A DNA stretch of 64,000 bases from Zancudomyces culisetae HAW-14-8 (taxonomy: Eukaryota > Fungi > Kickxellomycota), in NCBI GenBank assembly GCA_052426225.1, contig JBNJNM010000023.1, positions 868,001 through 932,000 of the forward strand, read 5' to 3'. The notes beneath the pieces are model-generated. The model was not told the origin of the DNA. It ran no database searches and saw only the letters and a program-made list of their open reading frames with translations. Below are positions 1-13,000 of the stretch, one piece after another. A program made the position numbers and the translations under genes. Positions within the stretch are counted from its first letter, which is position 1, and each line of letters begins with the position of its first letter.

Positions 1-537
1 CTTTTTAACTTGACTATCACTTGACTGTTAAAATTAATAGAATTCTACTAGGGTCCTGAGTATTAAGAGTCCAAAATAAACATAACAATCAGCATATTTA
101 ATAACAAGAATGATTCAATACACTTTTTCTAATAACTAACTTATTTTTATTTATAACACTGATGTTGTACATTCTATCAACATCTTTGTTCGTACATAGT
201 TTTCAATAGCACTTTTCCTGTCAAATAAAGAAGATATGAATAGCTAAATATTTTGATATATAAAGTCCGTTTAGAACTACGAGTTAAATGTGTAGCTCTG
301 GAATGACCAGCTAACTCAGCAGCGGTTAGCCCTTCTTTTTTTTTTCTCTCTCCGTTCTCAGAAGCGGATCTTTCAGTTTGCCACTACTTAGATCAAGATT
401 TATGGTTTGCTCGTTGACATTGTTGCTCTACAAAAATAGTACCCAGACTTTGCAATGGGTTTAAAAAGTGCACTTATATTGAACCAGACGTTACTATTGC
501 TTTGTGACCCTCTTTCAAAAAAGGATAGTTGTGGTTT

Positions 538-2163
538 CTAAGCAATAAACGAAAAGGTGGTAAAAAGAAAACAAACAACAGCCATACCAATACCCAAACC
601 AGAATAAACTACAGACTCTGAAATCACAGAGATAGGGGATTCATCAACACTATTGTACAGAGAAGTGGATAGTAGAAAACCCCACAAAATACAACAGTAA
701 CCACACGTCCTGAACAAGTTAATACTCGACACATAACAAGGATGAGTCCTTATATTAAAACAAACCATTGAAATGATGGTAGCCATGGAAAATAGACTCT
801 GAAATGGTGAGTAGTCCCTGGACAACAGCAAGTAGATTATTGACATCACCAAACCTACAAACAAATTTGCAAATGTTAAAGGTATATCTTACGGCTAGAG
901 ATATATATGTAAACAAATATGTAAACAAATATGTCGAGTTATCTATGTTGGTCGTGGAAAATAATAATGCGGTTTTCAAGCACTCGATTGAATTGAGTGG
1001 AATTGGTAACAAATTTACTGTATAACAAATATGTACATACACACATAAAACTTACTTTGGTTTTTCAAGAAAGCTACTCCAAAAGATTTGAATTGGATTT
1101 CGCCTTTTCGTGGTAAATACTCATAGCAGCAGCTGAATATCGTGAATATTATGTAGAATACGGTGTATGCAAGTAAACTAACAACTAAAAGTGACAAGTT
1201 GTTTTCGACCGCACAATTTAGAACGCCTATTCGGAACCTCGAAGGATCAATAGGACTTCCGTGCCGTTTTTCAAGCAGAATATTGGTATTGCATGATATC
1301 GAGCTCAAATATATCACAAGTGTCGGGAGGTAGAGCAAATTAACAACCGGAACCAAAAAGTAAATTAAAAAGAGTAGTCGTTTTCGAAGCATATATATGA
1401 GCACTAGTGTTAGTACCAGTGCTCCGTGTATTGAAAGGCATCCATACATAAGAACCAAGTATACTTTACTTGTGATAAGGCTCAAAAAACGGTTGAGTCC
1501 ACCTTCATCAAAACTACCGTACACATCAATTATTTGACGAACAGGATACCAGCATAAAAGCAGTACTTCCATTAGTATAACCAATACCTGCACTACGTTA
1601 AGGATGTTCAAATCAAACTTCTTGTATTGAGTGTTGTAAATTTTGAGGTGTAGCAGCGCATTCCTGGTAAAATACATTCGTCGTTTAAAGTATATCCTCT
1701 GTCTAAACATGACCAGTAAATTCAAATTTATAATGTAAACCAATGCTCCTTGCTGTAAAAGCCCTCCAAACATTATTGCAACCCCTGCAACTATCCCAAA
1801 AGTAAATACCAAGCTGAATATGTCTATCGTTACATATTCCATATTTTTCTGTTTGTTCTCACCCTTTTTCAGAAACTTATACAGATTAAAATAACCGAGA
1901 AATATGTTGAGTTGAAATTTTAAATTGTCTACAAATAAAAGCAGCTCGTCAGCTAAGATGTGCTCTTGCTGCTCAACTCTGTCTATCTTTGCTTCACATA
2001 TATCCCGGCTTTCATTTCCCTCGGTAATGTCGTTAAATTCAAATGTATTTCCCTTTGTACCATATCGCTGCATAGTGTTGTATACAAACATACCGAGGAT
2101 TAGCACCCCCACGGAGCCAAAGATTACCCCAATTAACAAATTATCTACGTAACCCGAATCCAT
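538..2163 (-). CDS. Putative multi-pass membrane protein of unknown function (probably spliced)
   Basis: 382-aa ORF with many hydrophobic segments. A GTAAGT donor at ~1055 could join it to the hydrophobic ORF 538..864. No recognised family; the 3' exon structure is uncertain. Confidence 0.5.
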
Positions 2164-3416
2164 GTTTATACTGCGCAGAACTGTAGTTTACTATAACTTG
2201 GAAGCATCTCTCAATATGTGCTTATATATATTCTCGTTTATCCTGGTTTCAAAATTAAACATAGATCTCCTTATGGGATACCTGGATAATCCAAAACCCG
2301 AAATCTATAATTTGAAAAGTGTGCGTGTGTACATTTATATCACCAAAGAGCTCAAAATATAATGAAATGAGAATACGAAAAAAAAGAGTAATGAAAATCA
2401 CGGCTGTAACAACGTGTTTAATTTCAAGATTTTTATTTTATTATTTTTTGCTGGTGATTAATCTAGTGAATGAAACTTGAGTTTAATTTTGCCCTAATTG
2501 TTTAAAGATAGAGTTCGATAATTTCTGATCGCTAAAAAAAAAAATTAGGATAAAAGTAAACAGGAGTACACGTTTTTATTCGCATGCAGTTTTTATGCTT
2601 TCTGTTAGAATCGCGAATCTAAATTCTTTCCAATAAAACGTGACATTTAAGCTTGGGTAATACTTTTTACATTACTCTAATCTCATCTAACTGAACATAA
2701 GCTTTGAGTTGGTCAGATTTTGTTTTGTTTCCTATTATTTAATCAAATCAAATATGAAAGATAGTGAAAATCCCAATTTAAAATAACCATTGAGAAAAAA
2801 AATGTTAAGCATAGTAGGCAAGGTGACGGGTACAGCAGGATGTTGCATCTGTTACTAGCCATACATATATTAACCGTCTGAAAACATTGATTTACCTGCC
2901 AGAAATGAAATTTATCCCCAACTTATCCTACCTTTGATACTACTCAACTCTTATCTGGAAGAAGATTCCTGCAAAATAAACTTTACAGCTATAGTTGAAG
3001 TTTTTGGTATTGCCATAGGTCTGGAATGAGCATTTAATATTACTAAGAGCAACATTTGAGAAAAATCACAGAATACTCGTTTTGGAGGATAAACTGCAAT
3101 GATAATAATAATGATAATAATAATGATGATGATGAAAGGGTGGATTCCGCCGCAAAGTCTTATTCAAAATTTATCTTCAATCAAACGGCAAATGTATATA
3201 TTTTCGTAAGAATTACTACCCATGTGCTAGATTCCCAAACATTTATCTTTATGTAAACTCTTTCTAGTAAGTAAATGCTATGTCACCGTGGTTGCTACTT
3301 TGAAAAGAATGCTGCAAAGGCACAATGTTGGCGTATACAATATTTAGTGACAGATATAATTAAAAAGGCTTCCCCAATTAATTTTGCGTGAATAAAACGA
3401 ATAAATATCTACAGGT

Positions 3417-4491
3417 TTATTTTGGTGCGTCAGCTTTCTCTGCTTGTTCGGAATGCATGTACTTTTCCATTTCAGAATCCAATTCTTCGGACGTTACTGG
3501 TCTATTTGCACTATTTTGATGTTTATTTTTAAACCCGCCAGGGTTTTTCCTGTAGGGATTATGGCGTGCTCTATTTCCTTGAAAGTTATAGTTCCTAAAA
3601 ATTCCAGAAAATACAAAGCCTTAGAAATCATTAGCTCCATGGAAAGAAATAGAAATAGGTAGGGGTTACTCTTACATCTGCATCGTATTGCTGCCAAAGG
3701 TATTGGGTCCACGCACTTGTGGTTGCATTGAAAGCATTGCCATTTGAGGATGTGACTCATACGAACTAAGTAGCTCTATTCGCATTGGTCGACCTATTAT
3801 TGTTGCGCAAATATGAGTTTAAGTATGCTCGTATTACTTTTTCTTAGGCGGGGAGAAATAGTAAATAATATATATTGTATTTATGGATAAAAAACAGACG
3901 AAAATAACAAACAAAGGGATTACCATCAAGTGTGACGCCGTTATACTTTTGAATTGCAAAGGCAGCATGATATGGATTTGAAAACACAACTGTTCCATTT
4001 CCTTTAGATTTGCCATTTGCATCATGATTTAAGGTGGCTGAAACTAAAGGTCCGATTTGGCCAAATAAATCCTATGCGGGGTATTAAAATATGGTATCGT
4101 GTTGGTTTTGATTATACACAATACGGATACAGTGGAAATGTAAACATAAATGTAAAGTAGAAAAATGCATACATCTACATGCAAATACCGAGCAAAGATG
4201 GTGTGGTCTACTTACTTTTAAATCTTTTTCTGTGACATTGTAATCTAGGTTGCTTATACGAATCTTCCCGAGGGTATGAGCGCCTTGTAGTGCATTCGAT
4301 TGCATAATCAACATTTGATTTTGAAGCAGCTGTTGCTGCTGCACTGAATTGGCAAAGTTGGTATTTCTGTTGTTATAGGAATTTTTGAAATTCTTGTTTC
4401 TGTTATTTGAGTTTCTGATTGGTCCAGTTCTTTTATTCTTGGAGGATTCCGAAATTATCTCGTCTAAAGATTTATCCATATTTGAGCTCAT
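3417..4491 (-). CDS. YRA1: ALYREF/Yra1/Mlo3-like mRNA export adaptor (THO complex subunit 4 family), 4 exons
   Basis: Exons 4491-4216, 4071-3924, 3793-3676 and 3594-3417, all GT-AG. N-terminal UBM MDKSLDEII; RRM KIRISNLDYNVTEKDLK|DLFGQIG...KYNGVTLDGRPMRIEL; C-terminal UBM TSEELDSEMEKYM. Confidence 0.9.
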
Positions 4492-4982
4492 CTTGAGTAG
4501 ATTGGAATATATAAAATCAAAAGATATTTGTTCTTGAGCCTTTTGTTTTTAGAGTATTTAACAACTTGTTTTTAATATTTTTTCTAGTTTATGCTAGAGA
4601 AAATATCGTTCAAGAAAATACAATTTGAGGATTAGAATTTGCGTGTTTGGTGGGTGGAAATTGGATTTCGGAGTGCACGAGTCGTGTTGTAAAAAATAAA
4701 ATAAAAAGGAGCATGAAAAGTAGCAAATAATTGCAAAAAGTGCACAAATTAAAGAAAAAAAGAAAGAAAAGACTGGGATCTTACAACCAATTGAAAGTTG
4801 GCTTCAGCAAACTTTGGTATTTTTCCAGCTGGAATAACTAGTTCAAAAATCAAGTAAAGCGCGATAATACTTGAAAAACACTATACTTTGATATTCCTTT
4901 TACAAACTACACAATAGATTAAGGAAGTTTTATTTTTTTTTGATCAAGGCGACCAAAGTAAATAGGACAACATTTTATCAAA

Positions 4983-5980
4983 ATGGAGGATTCTGAATCA
5001 CCAAGACAAATCACAATCAAAGGTAAAAAGCAATTTAACAGGGGACTAGTGTCAGATTCTTTGATTGAAGAGGAGTTGGGCGCTAAAAACAGGAGATACT
5101 CGCCTTATCGAACATACAGGGTAAGGATAGCTCAGAAATGCGCCTTTCAGCAAGTATAGCATATATATGTATATCTATGTTTATGTTTATACTCGTAAAA
5201 TTTGAGTATAGCCGTGCGCTAAATCACTCCTCAGTATTAAAAAGATGGAATATCGAAATAAACAATAGGATAAGGATAGGAACAGACATAGGGATGGGGA
5301 TCGAGATAGGGGTAGAGACAGAGATAATGATATAAGTAGAGATAGGGGTAGAGGTAGAGGTAGAGGTAGAGGGGAATGGAGACATGACAAATACGTAGAT
5401 GACAGGGCGCCTAACCGAACGTTGGACATAGAGAGTAGATTGGGCTTTAAATCTCGAAAGGAGGCGATGAGAAAACCGGATGCATATCAGGAAAAGCGAG
5501 CGGTATGGGTTACAAATTTCACCAGCGATATCGAGCCGCAGGATTTAAAGGTACTCCGAATGTTTATACTATTCCTTTATTGACAAACACCCAAGGATTA
5601 CCTTTTGAAGGAAATGATTTTTTTTTGTGGTCGGGATTGTGGTTTTTGTTGTTATTTTTAGTTGCCATTATGGTGTATACTAATCTTTTGAGGATAAATA
5701 GGACTTTTTTTCTGACCTTGGACCGATAGAGCAAGTGCGAATACTTAAAGATGATAGTGGCAACAGCTTGTGTAGTGCAGAAATAGTGTACAAAAGCAAT
5801 TCAAGTGCGCAAGACGCAATTGATACATATGAAGGGGAATATATACGCAGCGGAAAGTTTAGTAAGTGCGGGTTTTTATTCTCGATTCAACTGGAGTTAA
5901 CATCCACATATAAAAAAGAACAATGTATATTTATAAAATGTATTACAGACAAGCGTTCTTCTTGGTTAAGAGACAGATAA
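4983..5980 (+). CDS. Second ALYREF-like RRM protein with RD/RG repeats and a WxHD motif, spliced
   Basis: Exons 4983-5120, 5269-5550, 5702-5861 and probably 5949-5980. Encodes DRDRGRGRG...EWRHDKY, then the RRM AVWVTNFTSDIEPQDLK|DFFSDLGPIEQVRILKDDSGNSLCSAEIVY. Confidence 0.75.
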
Positions 5981-6114
5981 ATAAATATGTAAATATTTAT
6001 CTCAGTCTGGATACATAACCATACATAGATTCGAGATTGAATATAACATATTCCAGCAAACTCAAAGACGATTTATTTACGATGTAATAACAGGGCTGAT
6101 GTATGCGGAATTTG

Positions 6115-7714
6115 CTACTTGTCTTTGCACTTTTTGTTTGCGAGGAATAGTGAGAGCTTTGACATTCGAGTTCTTTTCTTATCTTCATATCCATCTTGAC
6201 CATGTTCATGGCTACGGTTTTCTTGGAGCGGATCAAGTGATACATTAGTAATACAGGGTTTGGTAGTTGAATTTGATGTAGTTGATTTATCATCCATGTT
6301 TGTTGAAGCAAGGATCTTAGGTTGGTCAGATTTTGCAGACTCAGTACCTGTTTTTTTTTCGTTTCGATTATCATTCACCTCTGAAGGTTCAAGGCTATAT
6401 GTATAGGATTTTGTATGTATCAAGGTTTTTATGTGATTAAAGAAGGCATTCATGCTGTTTTTCGGTCTTATAAACTCAAAATTTGGGTTTGTCGCCTGTT
6501 TCCCCATTATTGTCATTTCCAAGTAGTTTGCTTTGCTCGCATCCTCCATCACAAACTTTGCGGTTTTGTAGATTAACAGAAAATGTCTTTTGGTTTTGGG
6601 ATAGTCTATTCCAACTGGTATTGTCATCCCCATATATGTTCCTTCTATCTGTAACTCTCTATCCGAGTTTTTCGTTTGTAGGTCAGTGTCGGAATTAGCT
6701 AAAGGTTCGTTCTTTGACTTTTCGTTAACATTGTGCTCATTTTGTTGTGAATTATAATCAAACTGGAATTTTGCGTATCGTTTAATCTTCTCCTCCTCTA
6801 TGAAACATTAATGGAATTTGAGTATTTCTACTAAATATATCAAGCTAATAGATACTTAAAGGAATTAAATAGAATAAAATCAAGAAATGTAGATATAAAA
6901 GTATACGAATATCAAATCTTTTCTTTTTATCTGCAACTACCATCACCCCCTCTCTCCCCTTCCCCCAATATTTTATAAAGTTGGCTATTCTTTTACCTGC
7001 AATCCTAAGTTCCTCAGACATATTATCATTGGATGTATCTTTGAGTCCCGCGAATCTTTTAGCATAGAGTTTCCTTTCCAGATCTTGGTTACATTTTCTG
7101 TTTCTTCCATGTTTTTCCACTTTGTTTGTGCTATTGAGAATCTCGAGGACGTGTAGATCTGGTTTTATGAATTTTGAATAGGTTGAACCCAAAAGTAAAT
7201 TTCTAACATCGAATCTATGTACGGACGACTAAATTTTAGACGAGTATTTCAAGCTTTTTTGCTTTTAACTATACACAAAAATACCCTTTTTCTCCGTTTC
7301 CTTTTCCTTTTCCGTTTTTGTTTTTGTTTCTGTTTCAATTTTCTTATTTTTGTCATTTAATGAATATATATGGAGTCACAATAATTACCTATCCACGAGT
7401 ATCTGATCTTTGCTGTTAATTATGTTTACATTTACAAGAAAGTTGTCATTTTCACAGTGTTTGAACAGGTCGCTTTCGATACCAAATGCAGATATCTCTC
7501 GCAAGTTTTTATGATGACAACTTCTTGAGTTGGGAAGAGCAAGTTCTTGAAAAGAACCGTCCGAATCGCTGTCATTATCACTTTCACTTTCAGTCTCACT
7601 TTTACATTGTGAGTCTAGATGCTTTGAAGTTTTGAATTTGGATTCGGATGCAAACTCGGGCTCGGGTTCGGATTGGGATTCGGAATCCTCCATGTATTCG
7701 TTCAAGTATTCCAT
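6115..7714 (-). CDS. Suppressor-of-white-apricot (SFSWAP) family splicing regulator: DRY_EERY and SURP domains, 3 exons
   Basis: Exons ~7714-7389, ~7214-6998 and ~6797-6115 give LVDR|FDVRNLL (DRY-like). SURP domain: IYKTAKFV...LEMTIMGKQATNPNFEFIRPKNSMNAFFNHIK. Confidence 0.75.
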
Positions 7715-8472
7715 GCCTACAATACTGTGTTATAAACTCATGTCCCTATCCCTCCAAAAAAAAATCTGTAATCCAACAAAAAACGATCCCAAGAGTTTGT
7801 ATTCAACGGTTAATTCGAGTCAAATACCTTTTACTTTTAGTATTGAAGTTTGTGTTCACAACGGCTGAATTGATTACAAATCTTGAAGCTGCAGTATTCT
7901 AGCTATTTTTGATGCCAATCGACTTTTTCTTTGGATTTAATATATATACATCGTTTTTATATTTTTTTGTTTTCGGGATGTAATGACAAAAAAAAATTAA
8001 TTAACGAGTTGCGAATAAAAACTACTTTGTAATACCCCCCTCCTTCCCCTTCCCCTTCCCCTTCCCCTTGATCATTTAGTATTTTCGAATGAACTAAAAA
8101 AAAAGAAAAAAATAATTTTCTAGTATCAAAACTTGAATTAAATGTTTTAAAGATTATTCTTTTATAAATCTCAAACAACAGTATAAAAAATATAATTCAG
8201 AACTACAGGTAAAGCCGAGAGACATATAAAAAACACCATCATCATAAAACAACATTGTTTTGAGAGTATGGTGGCAAAAGAATTAACTGGGTGGACAAAG
8301 CAAAGACGACAGAATTTGTAGTTTTATTCGATACAAGACCGCCAAAAAATGAATAATAATTTACACATACAATACACAATGTCCTAGTGCAAAAAGACTA
8401 AAAAAGAAAAAAGTAAGAGAAAAAAATAGAGAAATACAAAAGAAGACAGAGCAGGGTTGGAAAAGAAGAAGA

Positions 8473-10005
8473 TCAGCATAAACTACCATCAGATGCAACT
8501 CCAGCCTTGGGTGTAGCGTAAACGTTGTCGTCGGGGCAAGAGTTGCTAAGACTGTGGTTGTGAACCATGTGATATTTCAGGCCGTTGAGGTTTTTATAAG
8601 CTCTGAAACATTCAGGAACCAGACACTTGAAAGGCTTGTTGTAGTCAGCAAATATTTTTTTGTGGCCATGGATACTGTGGTACTTAAGGCCATTTGCGTT
8701 TTTGTAGGATCTGGCACAGCCAGGAACGGGGCATTTGTAAGGTTTTGGGTCGGAAGAAGAAGAAATATCAGCGATTATTGAAGAGGTTTCAGTACTTGAG
8801 AGCTCACAATCGGACTTTTCATCAGTATCTAGAAGAAGATTAGCGTTTAATAAAGAAACTGGCTTATTTACAGGCGAAGGGTTGGCAGTGCTGGAAGTAC
8901 TCTGTTTGTATGAGTTCAGGCGAGAATAGCCACGATTTGTTTTAATGTACAAGTTGTTTCCATTTATGTGCGATTTCTTGGTGGCGCCAGAGAAGAAGAG
9001 GTCGGTAGAGCTCACCAGATTGTGCAGGATATCATCATCGTATAAACAAGTGGGGATAAAAGGATAGTCTATGGTTGTAGCGCTTTCCTGGATCTGGATA
9101 CTTGGCTCCTTGAGTCTGTCATTGTCATTGTCATTGTCATTGGTTATACTGTCCTCGGCCTCGCTAGTGATGGCAGTGTGAGATCCCGTCTCTTCCAAAA
9201 AATCCACAGGTGCCACAGGGCTGTTCTCGAAAAAGCTTCCAAAAAGAATACTTTCTTCAGTTGGTGAATTCACAATCGACTCAATAAGTGTCTCGCTGGG
9301 GCTTATGATTGGCGTTTTTAAGTTTAGCCTGGCCCTACCTGTCTTTGCCCCAACATGTCGCCTGGTTAGTCCCAATTCATCAGAGCTTTCGGGTCCCATG
9401 TTGTCAAAAACAACCCTTTGCCGTTTGGCTCCCATATACTCCCCGTCAGATCCACGCATAAAATCTCTGGAGCTCTTCCGCTTCTTGTATGTGCCACTAC
9501 CAGGGAGCGTGTTAAAGGCGCTCCACTGGTATTTTTTGTTGCTAAAATCTCTCTGTCCAGCATTTATAAAAACATCGTGTGGCTTGACCGTTTTTACAGT
9601 AGTACTGTTAGTAATACTTCCAGAAAGTCTTGCTCCCAGATTAAATATGTTTCTTAGCTGCTCCAAAGATAGTTGTGGGAGCAAAATGTTGTCGACATCA
9701 AAGCTTGAGCTTTTGCTCCGCCTTTCGGGGCTACGCATGCTGTTAGAATCCTTTCTAGTGTTGAGTGTGTTGTCATCCCCAACTATCACATGACAATCTT
9801 CGTAATGTTGAAGAAGTTGATGCATATCTTCAAGAATATGCCCACAACAGCTAAAGTTTTTGCATATATTATTCTCTACCTCCTGATATCCATAGATATC
9901 ATCATCTGTGCCCTTGATATCTGCCTCGTTGCGGGTACCAACTTCTAATGCACTGCTGCTGGCCCAGCCGCTGTCATTTGCCTTTTCCTCTGGTATTGGT
10001 GACAT
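8473..10005 (-). CDS. SFP1: Sfp1-like split C2H2 zinc-finger transcription factor
   Basis: N-terminal NFSCCGHILEDMHQLLQHYEDCH. C-terminal KPYKCPVPGCARSYKNANGLKYHSIHGH and KPFKC..C..YKNLNGLKYH, typical of Sfp1. Confidence 0.9.
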   Translation of the reverse strand: MSPIPEEKANDSGWASSSALEVGTRNEADIKGTDDDIYGYQEVENNICKNFSCCGHILEDMHQLLQHYEDCHVIVGDDNTLNTRKDSNSMRSPERRSKSSSFDVDNILLPQLSLEQLRNIFNLGARLSGSITNSTTVKTVKPHDVFINAGQRDFSNKKYQWSAFNTLPGSGTYKKRKSSRDFMRGSDGEYMGAKRQRVVFDNMGPESSDELGLTRRHVGAKTGRARLNLKTPIISPSETLIESIVNSPTEESILFGSFFENSPVAPVDFLEETGSHTAITSEAEDSITNDNDNDNDRLKEPSIQIQESATTIDYPFIPTCLYDDDILHNLVSSTDLFFSGATKKSHINGNNLYIKTNRGYSRLNSYKQSTSSTANPSPVNKPVSLLNANLLLDTDEKSDCELSSTETSSIIADISSSSDPKPYKCPVPGCARSYKNANGLKYHSIHGHKKIFADYNKPFKCLVPECFRAYKNLNGLKYHMVHNHSLSNSCPDDNVYATPKAGVASDGSLC

Positions 10006-13000
10006 TGTTTATTCATATACCCAACCCTCTGTATCTACTAATTATTTCTTCAACAGTAAAGTTTATACTTTTTTCCAAACTCAGCAAAAACCGTGGGTTT
10101 TATTTTTCAGTTTAGTATCTCTTTTTTTTTTTTGTAGCTTTAGCTGTGGCCCGTAGACAAAGGTTTGGTACAATTTTTTGGAGACGTGAGCTATTTTCTT
10201 GTTGCTTTGGTTTCAGTTACCCCAGAGAAGCCAATGTGTCGAGTATTGCTTTAATTTTATTTCTTATGTTTTTGCGCCTTTACAGATGCTTTTCGTGTGT
10301 AAGGTGTCACTCTTTGATAAATTATTAAAAATGTACAATAACTAGAAGTGATATTCTGAACACCGTGTGGTTCATCTATTACTTCTCCAAACTTTATAGT
10401 CTGTAAAAATGTACATAAAAATGAAATCCCCCCTGTTTTAATACTTTCGTTTTTCTTTTTGAGCTAAATCAAACCTAGAAGCCCCCGCTTTACTATGAAT
10501 CTACTAATAAAACAAGAGAATTTAGATTAAAAATAGTAAATCAGCATAATCAAAAAAAAAAAAGCGAGGAATCAATTTTTTTTTCTTTTTCTGTAGTTTG
10601 GGATTATGGTTATTTATAATTCTTTCTCCGCTATTGACCTGTCTTTTTGCACTATACTTTTTGCATTTTTATACTAGTACTGAGCTGCATCAAAATGCCG
10701 CTCAAAGGTTGACCTGTAAAAGGGTATTTATAAACTCGGCAAATAAACAAGAATCCAGAACTAAGTAACGTTTGCGTAAAAGGCTGCTGTTGGACAGGAA
10801 GGCTAGTACCAGCATATCTGAAGCCCCGAGCTATCCGGTGCCCTTGGCCAGGCTAAAAAGAAATTACTTTGTTTTTCCCAACTTACAAATTTGGATGTCA
10901 TTTTGTTTTGCCCAGCAAGCAATATTTCCCGTTGTTGGCTAAACTGTGCCTTTTAATTCGATATAAATAGGGAATACTGTAAATCCATTGGTTATAGCTG
11001 AGAATGTGACCAAGTTATTTATTATCCAAATTCAAAGTAATTTTTACTTACATGAATTTTGTGCTGTTAATTGTTTATCCCTAATTAAATAAGCGTCAAT
11101 TATACTAAAATATCTTTGTGCCCGAATCCTACAAAAATAACTAAACAAACGCTGATTGTACTTGATTAATGATTTTCAATTGAAACTTTTAATTGTTTAA
11201 ATCGCCAATCTTGTAGACTAAACCTGTAATTACTATTTGGAATTGACCAAGATTCCTTATAAGACAGCTGTTTAGCGATATTTTTGAAATGAAATAGCAT
11301 TTATGGAACAATCAGCCTAGCATACCTTGCAAGGCTACGCTAAGTAGGATAGAATTAATCAGGGCTATAAGCTCGTTAAATTTAGATAAATAAATAAAAG
11401 TACATTCCCCCCTCCCCCCAAATAGTGCAGCACAGATAATGGCGCTCTTTCGCGTACAGCTTTCTCAATGTTTATCACTTTTAATTGATTTTTTTATCCA
11501 CTCTCATATAACTCTTTTTAGCACTAGGATTGTCTTGATTAACCCCAGCAAACACCCGTTAAATTCAACACCTCATTGCAGTAAACTTGCATTTTCAAGC
11601 TACTGAATATAATAGCTCTTTTCATATTGAGGTATTTAACAACAAGCCAAAAGTTTTTGGCCATGCATGATCGATATAAAAAAATAAAATAAAAATCAAT
11701 AAAATATACGTCTACTCTTGTAGAAAAGAAGTACAAAAAAAAAACATGTCAAATTTATTAAAATATCATATTGTGAACAGAATGGTACTTGTTCATTTTT
11801 GCTACTATTACCTATGAAGATTGTATTCCAACACAATACTTAATATTTATTATTTCATGTTTCCCCTCAGTTTGCTTATGAATAACACCAACTATGACAT
11901 CCGTCACTTTAAAAAAAAAAACAATTGAATTCCCAAACCAGGGCCATGTAGAATATTGGTTCTATTTTCTCCCCCATTTCCCTCTATTTTTTTTATTTGC
12001 TTCTATTATAGTACGCATGTTTTTGCATGAATTTAATAGACCTTGATCTATGTATAAAAAAAACTAATGAAAATGAAAACTGAATTGCATTTGGATGTTA
12101 ACCATACCATTTCCTCTTCAAGTTAGTATGCCATTCATAAACTTGTAACCAAATTGAAATTGTAATATTATAAACCAAGTCAAAACTTGATGGAAATGGT
12201 TTTTATAATAAAAAGCGCAGCAGAAAAAGGAAAAGAAAATACAAAACTAGTAGTAAAATGCTGCGCCTATTTGTCCTGCACCTATACTATTGGCCACTAT
12301 TAGGCGCCTATGCGTCTGCATCTTTAACTTTATCTGCACTTGCATCCGCATCCGCATCCGCATCTGTAATTGCATTCTTCCTTCCCCCAACTATAGGCTT
12401 GCTGTACTATTTTTGTTCGATTCCGGATTCCATGGAAATATCAAATCAGCCTTTATTTTTCATTACCGCGCTTTAGTAATCATCAATTATATTAATGATT
12501 ATACACTTAAATTGGGGGGGAAATTAGACCAAGTATGAACACACTGCCAGAATACCACCCACCTGCTTGTAGTTTCTCTTGGTATATCTAGAAACGTCAA
12601 CTTCACTTTCTTTGAACGCAATGAAACAAAAAGGAAAATCTGTTATTTGATTCTAAAACCTTTTTATGCTGACGCCATCTATTCATTTAACTTTGATATT
12701 GATCTAATGCAAAAGAGAAAATAAATATTTTATTCAGTGATTTAAGGATGTTCGTCTTGATGTTATTTTCTTTGTGTCTTTTAATTTTAATTTTAATTTT
12801 TCTTTTTGTTTTTGTTTTTGTTTTTGTTTTTCTATTCACGTGAAGAATAGCGGTCAGGATTTTTGATGAAATAGTACTTGGGTAATTTGTGAGTTTTCTG
12901 GGTGTACTGCTCATTATGCAATTTCATGCTAATCAATGAACCAAACCACTTTTTATAAATGACACCAAAGCCATATTTTTGTATTATTGACGAACGTGTT

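Noticed and set aside
2753-3256. Possible plus-strand gene between the membrane protein and YRA1
   Set aside because: Early stop codons, no coherent splice model and no recognisable motif.
6845-6997. Apparent second DRY-like motif (KRFDIRILL) in the SWAP gene
   Set aside because: It falls inside the predicted intron (GTAAAA donor near 6997, CATAG acceptor near 6798).
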